From: Candidatus Methylomirabilia bacterium
GTDB lineage: Bacteria > Methylomirabilota > Methylomirabilia > Rokubacteriales > CSP1-6
Assembly: GCA_041492755.1 (NCBI GenBank)
Contig: JBGPXN010000011.1
Coordinates: forward strand, 1-47,672
Length of the DNA: 47,672 bases
Direction: 5' to 3'
Under the pieces are notes generated by a model, which ran no database searches, was not told where the DNA came from, and saw nothing but the letters and a program-made list of their open reading frames with translations. Positions 23,728 through 30,663 of the stretch are shown here, piece after piece (within the stretch, counting starts at the first letter, position 1; every line of letters begins with the position of its first letter). The translations under genes and the position numbers were made by a program.

Positions 23728-23978
23728 GTGACGGTGCGCCCCGCATCCTCCGCCTCGTCCTCCGCGCGCCGTGGGGAACACCCGGCGGCCGCGGCCTGCT
23801 CGCCTCCGACCCTCGCGTGCGTACGCTCGTGCGGGTGCTGGTAAGCTATCCCGACGTGCGCCACGTCCTGCCCGACCGCGTGAGCCTCGACCCGGCCGCC
23901 GACGCGCGCGTGCTGGACACGGTGGCGCGCTTCCTCGAGCGTCAGCAGTGGCTGGTCTCGTCGGTGTTGGTGGAGTAG
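23724..23978 (+). CDS. Small hypothetical protein (84 aa), probable CTG start; absent from the ORF track
   Basis: Open frame with strong GC3 bias filling the gap; CTG overlaps the upstream TGA (CTGA); GGAG 6 nt upstream. Confidence 0.65.
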   Translation: MSDGAPRILRLVLRAPWGTPGGRGLLASDPRVRTLVRVLVSYPDVRHVLPDRVSLDPAADARVLDTVARFLERQQWLVSSVLVE

Positions 23979-23980
23979 CC

Positions 23981-24163
23981 GTGAGGAATCCCGGCGAGGC
24001 GCACACGCGGATCGCGAAGGAGATCCTGGGCGAGAAGGCGGCGGCGCTCGGCCGGGCCGGAGAGCGGCTCGAGGCGGCGCTGCGCATGGGCCTGCGCCGT
24101 CATGCGGTGGTGGACGCGCAGTATCCGGAGCCGCCGGTGCTCAGGGACGACCCCGGCACGTGA
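23981..24163 (+). pseudogene. DUF6665-like small protein, apparently internally deleted
   Basis: KEILGEKAAALGRAGERLEAAL joined directly to MGLRRH..V..QYP; stop overlaps the paaK start (GTGA). Confidence 0.45.
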
Positions 24164-25452
24164 TCTGGAACCCCGACGCGGAAACGGCGACGGCCGCGAC
24201 ACGCCGCGCGCGGCAGCTCGCGCGCTTGCGCGACACCGTGGCCTGGGCCCGCGCGCGGGTGGCGTTCTACCGCGAGCGACTGCCCGCCGAGCCGCCGCGC
24301 GACCTCGACGGCCTGCACGAGCTGCCGTTCACCCGCAAAACCGATCTGCGCGAACACTATCCCTTCGGGCTCTTCGCCGTCCCCCTCGGCGAGGTCGCGC
24401 GCGTGCACGCCTCGTCGGGCACGAAGGGCAAGCCGACGGTGGTCGGCTACACGCGCGCCGACCTCGACGTCTGGCGCGAAGTCATGGCGCGCGCCATGCT
24501 CGCGGCCGGCGCGCGGCCGGGCGACGTGCTCCAGATCGCGTTCGGCTACGGTCTCTTCACCGGCGGGCTCGGCTTCCACGACGGCGCCGAGCGGATCGGG
24601 ATGACCGTCGTGCCGGCGTCGTCCGGCAATACCGCACGCCAGGTGCTCTTGCTTCGCGATTTCCGTCCGGCCGGGCTCGCCGCGACGCCGTCGTTCGCGC
24701 TGCACATCGCCGACACCCTCGCCGAGCAGGGCCTCGGCGCCGGCGAGCTCGGTCTGCGCTATGGGATGTTCGGCGCCGAGCCGTGGACCGACGGCATGCG
24801 CCAGGCGATCGAGCGCGGTCTCGGCTGCCGCGCCAGCGACGTCTATGGGCTCTCGGAGATCATCGGGCCCGGCGTCTCCGGCGAGTGCGAGGCGCGCGAC
24901 GGCTTGCACGTCGCCGACGATCACTTCCTGCCCGAGATCGTCGATCCTGCCTCCGGGACGCCGCTGCCGCCGGGCCGGGAAGGGGAGCTCGTGCTGACCA
25001 CGCTCACCAAGCGCGCGCTGCCGATGATTCGCTATCGCACCGGCGACATCACGACGCTCGAGGTGAGTCCCTGTCGCTGCGGGCGCACCTCGGCCCGGAT
25101 GGCCCGGATCAAAGGCCGTTCGGACGACATGCTGATCGTCAAGGGCGTGAACCTCTATCCCTCGGAGATCGAGCGCGCCCTGCTGGAGGTGACGGCGCTG
25201 GCGCCGCACTACCAGCTCGTCGTCGATCGCACGGAAACCCTGGCCCGGCTCGAGGTCCACGTGGAGCCGGCGCCCGCCCTCGCCGCCGAGTGCGGAGCCT
25301 CGTTCGAGCATCCCGCGGCCCGCGCCGTCCGCGATGACGTGGCCGCCCGCGTGCGCAGCGCGATAGGATTGAGTGTAGAGGTGGTGATCGTCGCGCCCCG
25401 GACCATCCCACGGTCCGAGGGCAAGGCCGTGCGGGTCGTGGAGCGCGCCTGA
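24160..25452 (+). CDS. paaK: Phenylacetate--CoA ligase family
   Basis: LPFTRKTDLR..YPFG, HASSGTKGKP, FGYGLFTGG, YGLSEIIGPGV, RYRTGD, KGRSDDMLI, EGKAVRV. Confidence 0.92.
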   Translation: MIWNPDAETATAATRRARQLARLRDTVAWARARVAFYRERLPAEPPRDLDGLHELPFTRKTDLREHYPFGLFAVPLGEVARVHASSGTKGKPTVVGYTRADLDVWREVMARAMLAAGARPGDVLQIAFGYGLFTGGLGFHDGAERIGMTVVPASSGNTARQVLLLRDFRPAGLAATPSFALHIADTLAEQGLGAGELGLRYGMFGAEPWTDGMRQAIERGLGCRASDVYGLSEIIGPGVSGECEARDGLHVADDHFLPEIVDPASGTPLPPGREGELVLTTLTKRALPMIRYRTGDITTLEVSPCRCGRTSARMARIKGRSDDMLIVKGVNLYPSEIERALLEVTALAPHYQLVVDRTETLARLEVHVEPAPALAAECGASFEHPAARAVRDDVAARVRSAIGLSVEVVIVAPRTIPRSEGKAVRVVERA

Positions 25453-25460
25453 CGGCCGGG

Positions 25461-26303
25461 ATGGACGAGGAGGCCGGGATGAGCGAGGAACGGTCGGCAG
25501 CCATGATGAGCAAGATCAAGAGCGGCATGCGCCTGGAATCGGCGGACGAGATGACGCCCGAGTATCGGGACGCCCTCGTGCACCTCATGACCATGCAGGC
25601 GGACTCCGAGCTCGCCGGCGGCTACGGCTACGTGCCCTGGATCACCAAGGCGCCGACGGTCGAGGAAAAACACGTCGTCGCCCAGATCGTGAAGGACGAG
25701 CTGCGCCACGCGGCCGTCATGTACGGCCTGCTGGAGGACCTGGGCTTTCCGGTCGACCGCCACGTCCAGGCCCACGACGACGTCTTCACCATGCGGATCG
25801 AGGCCACCGCGGACATCGGGACCGCGCGCATCACCAGCGACAAGCGCGTCAACATTTTCTACTACCCGATCGAGACCTGGGCCGACTTCACCTTCTTCAA
25901 CTTCTGCATGGACCGCGGCGCCGGCCACCAGCTCGAGGACGTGCGCACGTGCTCCTACGGCCCGTGGGTGCGCGCCATCGAGGGCATCTTCAAGGAAGAG
26001 AAGTTCCACATCCGCCACGGTGAGTACTGGGTCAAGCGCCTGGCCGGCGATCCCGCCACCCGCGATGAGGCGCAGAAGACCTTCGAGAAATGGTACGTCC
26101 GGACCATGAACATCTTCGGCCGTCCCGGCTCGCCCAAGAACGTCCGCTACCGCGCGCTCGGCCTCAAGGCCCGCGACAACGACGACGTCCGCTCTGCCTT
26201 CGCCCGCGAGGTCACAGACCTCTGCGCCCAGCTCGGCCTCACGGTCCCGGACTGGAAGCCCCGCTGGGACCAGCTCCCCGAGGAAGCCCACATTCCGGGG
26301 TAG
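25461..26303 (+). CDS. PaaA/PaaC-family ferritin-like di-iron protein (phenylacetyl-CoA epoxidase subunit A-like)
   Basis: QADSELAG, WI.KAPT, KDELRH and EEKFH EXXH pairs, SYGPW; start 25461 or 25479. Confidence 0.8.
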   Translation: MDEEAGMSEERSAAMMSKIKSGMRLESADEMTPEYRDALVHLMTMQADSELAGGYGYVPWITKAPTVEEKHVVAQIVKDELRHAAVMYGLLEDLGFPVDRHVQAHDDVFTMRIEATADIGTARITSDKRVNIFYYPIETWADFTFFNFCMDRGAGHQLEDVRTCSYGPWVRAIEGIFKEEKFHIRHGEYWVKRLAGDPATRDEAQKTFEKWYVRTMNIFGRPGSPKNVRYRALGLKARDNDDVRSAFAREVTDLCAQLGLTVPDWKPRWDQLPEEAHIPG

Positions 26304-26364
26304 AGGCAGCCCGGGCGGCTCCCCAGGCCTCCGCGTCGATCGCACCCGCGGCGATGATTCAGCT

Positions 26365-26392
26365 AATTGACATAATCTTTCTTATCGGACAT
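26365..26392 (-). other. dif: dif (XerC/XerD) chromosome-dimer resolution site
   Basis: Minus strand ATGTCCGATAA-GAAAGA-TTATGTCAATT, an 11-6-11 layout with ATAA/TTAT core and XerD-like TTATGTCAA arm; AT-rich, intergenic. Confidence 0.85.
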
Positions 26393-26410
26393 CGTCAGGC
26401 AATAATATAC

Positions 26411-26439
26411 TTGACTCAGTGACCGCGCAGCCCTACGAT
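26411..26439 (+). promoter_or_regulatory. Transposase promoter with -35 inside IRL; probable leaderless mRNA
   Basis: TTGACT-N17-TACGAT, then 7 nt to ATG 26447. Confidence 0.6.
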
Positions 26440-26446
26440 CGGGGGC

Positions 26447-27383
26447 ATGGGAAAGACACCGGCCGCTCCCAAGACCCTTCAAGACGCCATCCGCTATTTC
26501 ACCGATCCCGATACCTGCCTCGCGTTCATGGTGGAGATTCGGTGGCCGGATGGCGTCGAGTGCCCCGCTTGCGCCAGCCGCAACGTCCAGTTCATCCCGA
26601 CTCGCCGGCTGTGGGAGTGCAAGACCAGGCACCCCAAGCGGCAGTTCTCGGCCAAGGTCGGGACGATCTTTGAAGACTCGCCGCTCGGGCTGGATAAGTG
26701 GTTCGCGGCAATCTGGCTGATCGCCAACGCCAAGAACGGCATCAGCTCGTACGAGCTTCACCGGGCGCTCGGTGTCACTCAGAAGACCGCGTGGTTCATG
26801 CTCCACCGCGTCCGCGAGGCCATGAAGTCGGGCACCTTTATGAAGATGTCTGGTCGCGTGGAAGCGGACGAGACACTGATCGGTGGCGAACTGAAGAACA
26901 TGCACCACTACCGCCGTGAGGCCAAGCGCAAGGGCGGTAGCGAGAACTACCGCTTCGGTAAGGCCGTGGTCGCCGGGTTGTTGGAGCGCAATGCGCCAGA
27001 CCAGAAGAAGACCAGTCGTGTCCATGCCCAGGTGGTTGCCGACGCGACCGCCAATAGCCTCATGCCGATCATTGACCAGCGCATCGAACCGAAGTCGAAA
27101 CTCACCGGCCACAAGTTCCCGAAGCCGTCGCTCGTCCACAGCGTGATTGATAAGACCGAGGCTTACGTAAAGGACCGTATCCACACCAACGGCATGGAGA
27201 ATTTCTGGTCGTTGCTGAAGCAAATGATTAAAGGTACTTACGTCAGCGTCGATGCGTTCCACCTTGAACGGTAGTTCCGCTTCAAACCAGCGGCGTGACC
27301 CCAAGGGCGAAAGTGGCCGCTTCCTTCATGTGCTGCGCTCGGTCATGGGACGTAGGCGCACCTACGCAGCCCTTACGACGTGA
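26447..27383 (+). pseudogene. IS1595-family DDE transposase, disrupted
   Basis: Zn ribbon RWPDGVECPAC, HTH GISSYELHRALGVTQKTAWFMLHR, VEADET, HTNGMENFWSLLK; the YTD catalytic segment is missing; TAG at 27272-27274 and a +1 shift precede the conserved tail (FRF/NQR...RF..VL..V.GRR.TYAALT). Confidence 0.88.
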
Positions 27384-27419
27384 GGGTCAGAAGAAACGCC
27401 AAGGAAGGGGAAAACGCCG

Positions 27420-27581
27420 ATGAGTGAGAAAGCGCCGGAGAAGCCGCCGGAGGTATCGGAGGAGTACGCGCGCTTCAAGGAACTCACGCGCAAGCTCGTC
27501 GCTGTGCCGAAGAAGGAACTAGGAGCGAAGCGGAAGAAAAGCCTAGGGAGCGGCCGTGACAATCAGAGGGAAGGTGCTTAG
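27420..27581 (+). CDS. Small basic protein downstream of the transposase (53 aa)
   Basis: MSEKAPEKPPEVSEEYARFKELTRKLVAVPKKELGAKRKK...; purine-rich RBS AAGGAAGGGG upstream; too short for the ORF track. Confidence 0.55.
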   Translation: MSEKAPEKPPEVSEEYARFKELTRKLVAVPKKELGAKRKKSLGSGRDNQREGA

Positions 27582-27977
27582 CGGCGCGCCACGTTCCTTC
27601 TCTCGACCGGTCTCGCTGAGATACAGCCGCAACTGATACTCGCCAGGGTATACGGGTAGTCCGACAACGTTCACCGTGTTTGTATGGGAAATCGCCGTCA
27701 TCGTAAATTTCAGATCAATCGAGAACGCGACTCGGCCTGATGGCGTGATGAGTTCGCAAGTTTGGACGAACTCTGTGTCCCCGTCCTCCGCTGTGCGATA
27801 CCACAGCGTAAATATAGCCCAAGGCGTTGGTGCTGCGGCGTTTTCGGGAATCGGCTCCTCGGGGACGCCGGGCATTCTCTCCGACTTCCATTGCTGGAGC
27901 AGCCCGATTAGATGCGCGCTGCGCTGGTTGTCGAGGATGACCTTTTCGCACGGCGCAAATATTAAGAGCCTAGGCAT
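27543..27977 (-). CDS. IS passenger: DUF6941-like beta-rich protein
   Basis: IFAPCEKVILD...AHLIGL, TPSG, PGEYQLRL pattern; 8-nt overlap with the upstream gene. Confidence 0.7.
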   Translation of the reverse strand: MPRLLIFAPCEKVILDNQRSAHLIGLLQQWKSERMPGVPEEPIPENAAAPTPWAIFTLWYRTAEDGDTEFVQTCELITPSGRVAFSIDLKFTMTAISHTNTVNVVGLPVYPGEYQLRLYLSETGREKERGAPLSTFPLIVTAAP

Positions 27978-28326
27978 ACACAGTATCGACTGCGGCTGAC
28001 GTCATCTCTGCCGCCGACGGCGGTTGAACCACCACCAACGCACTGACCCGAATCAGCCGGAATCCGTCCGGCATTCGGAAGGGAAACCCAGCTGAAAGGA
28101 GTTGTTCATAGGGACTCCAGCTTGGGGGCTGTGGGATAACTCGGCTGTGCCAGCGAGGTCCAGCCTCTACCCAACGGTTCCTCAATTCGGATTGTCTTCG
28201 CTCTACCTCTTCCCGCGTTACTCCGAAGTCGTCATATTCAAACTCGGTCCCGCAAGATGGGCAGATACTGAAATTCTTCGGGGGACGCCGCAGACCTCGA
28301 TATCCGCAGACAGGGCACTTATGCAC
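27970..28326 (-). CDS. IS passenger: Cys-rich Zn-ribbon immunity/antitoxin-like protein (CPCC-like)
   Basis: CPVCGY...ICPSCGTEFEYDD...LR..W...G..W.S...P..WSP.EQL; GTG start overlaps the toxin stop by 8 nt. Confidence 0.7.
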   Translation of the reverse strand: MHKCPVCGYRGLRRPPKNFSICPSCGTEFEYDDFGVTREEVERRQSELRNRWVEAGPRWHSRVIPQPPSWSPYEQLLSAGFPFRMPDGFRLIRVSALVVVQPPSAAEMTSAAVDTVYA

Positions 28327-28663
28327 GAATCCACCTACGGGCGCACTGGTCCAGGCAGTACTGGCGAAAGGTGCGGCCACGTAGCCTGTGAGGCTCGGCG
28401 ATGTAGTAGGTATAAATCACGTCGCCGAGGTCGCTTATCACGCCAAACTCCATCGTGGCGACATTGTAACGCACCCAGTCTCGCTCAGGTTCAGGCCGCT
28501 GGCATTCCTCGACGCCTGGCAACTCCGCCAGTGGGGCGCCCAAGAACCTATCGGCCCGTTCTACATATTCCTCAACGGTGATGACGCCAAGTAAGTCCTT
28601 GTGATCCTCAAAATGCTCTAGGGCGTCGCGGTGGTCTATGAATCCACGGGTGTAGCTTGGCAT
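28319..28663 (-). CDS. IS passenger: stand-alone polymorphic-toxin-like nuclease domain (putative BECR-fold RNase)
   Basis: LEHFEDH...T.EEY..RA..F...VRYN..T.EFGVIS..G.VI.TYY pattern recalled from CdiA/Rhs/pyocin C-terminal toxin domains; no signal or delivery domain. Confidence 0.6.
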   Translation of the reverse strand: MPSYTRGFIDHRDALEHFEDHKDLLGVITVEEYVERADRFLGAPLAELPGVEECQRPEPERDWVRYNVATMEFGVISDLGDVIYTYYIAEPHRLRGRTFRQYCLDQCARRWIRA

Positions 28664-28831
28664 CGGCCGTGAGCATTATCGCCCGGCAAGCCCCCAGCTA
28701 GTCTACTGAGTCATCTATCTTATTGCCCCTCGTCAGAAAATGACCCACCTGATTCAGCAGCGCCCATTGCGCTGACATCCGGAAGCGCGGTCCCGGGAGC
28801 GCGCGGGGCCCGGGGCCGGATTTCGGGGGGC

Positions 28832-29506
28832 TTACGGCGTGGCGCCGAGGGCCGCGAGCCGGCCGCGAACGTCGTCGGCGCGGAGGCTTTTGGGGACGTC
28901 CTTGAGGATCCGGCGGTAGGTCGCGATCGCGTCGTCCCTCTGGCCCGCCAGCTCTTGCACGCGGCCGAGGTCGACCAGCAGCTCTTCGAAGTGGAAGTCG
29001 GTCGGCTTGAGCGGGCCGAGGGCGTCGCGGTACGCCTGGCTGGCGCTCGCGTAGTTCTTCTCGGCCTCCCAGGCGTAGCCGATGCCGGCCCGGGCCATGG
29101 TGCGGAGCGTCGGCGACGGGCTCTGGCCCACGGCGATCTGATACGCGGCGCGGGCGCGCGGGAAATCGCCCCCGGCGTAACGCAGGTTGCCGAGCTCGTA
29201 GGCGGCGTTGCCGGCGGCGGGCGCCGACGGATAGGTCGACAGTGTCGTTTCGAGCGTTTGGATGGCGGCCGAGCGCGCTTCCGGCAACGGCGGCGCCCCG
29301 CGGGTGTCGTGCACGCGAGCCAGCGCCACCGCGTAGGCGGCCATCGCGGCGCTCGTCCGCGAGCTGGACCAGAGCCAGGCGCCGACGCCGGCCGCCGCCA
29401 GCACGACCATCACGGTCACGAGGACCACCAGCGCCCGGAGAGAACGCCAGCCTTCCGGGATCGACAGTCGGGGCATCCACGGCCAAGACGTCCAGGCCAT
29501 CATCAT
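28832..29506 (-). CDS. Membrane-anchored TPR protein (YfgM-like)
   Basis: N-terminal TM helix, TPR-like repeats (AAYELGNLRY..GDF..A, LGRVQELAG..DDAIATYRRI); start uncertain. Confidence 0.8.
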   Translation of the reverse strand: MMMAWTSWPWMPRLSIPEGWRSLRALVVLVTVMVVLAAAGVGAWLWSSSRTSAAMAAYAVALARVHDTRGAPPLPEARSAAIQTLETTLSTYPSAPAAGNAAYELGNLRYAGGDFPRARAAYQIAVGQSPSPTLRTMARAGIGYAWEAEKNYASASQAYRDALGPLKPTDFHFEELLVDLGRVQELAGQRDDAIATYRRILKDVPKSLRADDVRGRLAALGATP

Positions 29507-29513
29507 GAATCGA

Positions 29514-29708
29514 TCATCGCAGACGCAGGCCACGGCGGTACTGGCGGCCGCAGCCATGACAGCGTTTCCAGCCGCGGAAAACACGACGGACGAGCCGGCC
29601 GCAGTGGGGGCAGCGTTGGTATACGCGCATTCCGTAGATCAACCCGAGACTGATCGCAACGGCCGCTGCACCGAGCGCCCACGAGGGCAGCGAAAGCAGA
29701 GGCTCCAC
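29514..29708 (-). CDS. Small membrane-anchored Zn-ribbon protein (64 aa)
   Basis: TM helix followed by CPHC and CHGC; promoter TTGACA-N17-TAGCAT (29748-29720, minus strand) directly upstream. Confidence 0.7.
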   Translation of the reverse strand: MEPLLSLPSWALGAAAVAISLGLIYGMRVYQRCPHCGRLVRRVFRGWKRCHGCGRQYRRGLRLR

Positions 29709-29838
29709 GAGTGACCCCTATGCTAGGCAGCTGCTCCCGGAGTGTCAAGCAACGGGAAAGGTCTGATTCTCACGGGCGGCACGGAGGGGTGCCAACCGCG
29801 GCGGGGCCGGGACGCGCCCCGCCGCGGGCACCCAAGCG

Positions 29839-30093
29839 CTAGGAGGCCTGGGCGCCGATGGCCTTGAGCGCGTCCTGAGCGGCCTTGACCGCCTCGGCGT
29901 GCTTGCCTTCCGAGTGAAGCTTCTGCGCCTCGGCGGCCTTCTGGCGCGCGGTGTAGGCCGCGTTGTCGAAGCGGTTGCCGGCCGCCGCATTGGCCTGCCC
30001 GATCAGCTTCGGGCACTGGAAGGCCAGCACGGGTCCGGCGAAGAGAAGCGTGCCGATGGCGAACATCGCGGACGCGACGATCAGACGCTTCAT
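29839..30093 (-). CDS. Small secreted helical protein (84 aa)
   Basis: RBS GAGGAGG, signal peptide ending VLA, mature FQCP...LHSEGKH. Confidence 0.75.
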   Translation of the reverse strand: MKRLIVASAMFAIGTLLFAGPVLAFQCPKLIGQANAAAGNRFDNAAYTARQKAAEAQKLHSEGKHAEAVKAAQDALKAIGAQAS

Positions 30094-30176
30094 GGCGTTG
30101 CCTCCTCTGAAATGGTGAGCCGCTCGGGAATCCGGATGGCCGGGATTGTAACCCACAACGGCCCGGCGGCGTTCCG

Positions 30177-30494
30177 TCACGCCGAGACGTCGACGAACAC
30201 CTCGCCGCCGTCCACGATGACCGGGAAACAGGCCACCTTGACGGCGGGATTGTTCGTGTTCATGCCGCCCGTCACGTCCCATTTCCAGGCGTGCCAGGGG
30301 CACACCACGATCGTGCCCTCGAGGTCCCCTTCCCCGAGCGGACCGCCGCGGTGCGGGCAGACGTTGTCGATGGCGTAGAACCGGCCGTCGACGTTGAAGA
30401 GCGCGATATCCTTGCCGCCGGCCTCCACGACCCGCCCGGTTCCGGTCGGGACGTCGGCGACGGCGGCGACTCTGACCCGAGATGACTGCGTCAC
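30177..30494 (-). CDS. Rieske [2Fe-2S] ferredoxin (NirD-like)
   Basis: CPHRGGPL and CPWHAW motifs. Confidence 0.93.
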   Translation of the reverse strand: MTQSSRVRVAAVADVPTGTGRVVEAGGKDIALFNVDGRFYAIDNVCPHRGGPLGEGDLEGTIVVCPWHAWKWDVTGGMNTNNPAVKVACFPVIVDGGEVFVDVSA

Positions 30495-30663
30495 GCTGAC
30501 TCTCCCTGCGGCGCGCGGTCGAGCGCGCAAGATGGGCCGTTCGGCCACGAGCATCCTGCCCATTTCGCGGCGCCGGCCCGTGTGCTGTCAAGCGCGGCGA
30601 GCGACAGGCGTTGTCGGCCTCGGGTCCTCACGCGCATAATGGAACGGGAGCGAGGAGGACACC

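Larger units (their letters stand above)
26398..28727 (+). mobile_element. IS1595-family element carrying passenger genes (2330 bp)
   Basis: IRL GGCAATAATATACTTGACTCAGT vs reverse complement of IRR GGCAATAAGATAGATGACTCAGT (20/23); flanks CATCGTCA (26390-26397) and CCTCGTCA (28728-28735); visibly lower GC. Confidence 0.9.

Noticed and set aside
26363..27304. 313-aa ORF antisense to the IS1595 transposase
   Set aside because: Mirror frame of the transposase with no recognisable motifs
26355..28760. IMEX-type integration (dif split into attL/attR); 9-bp TGATTCAGC present on both sides
   Set aside because: No second dif-like site at the right end; boundaries are explained by IS1595 IRs and target duplication; the 9-mer may be chance
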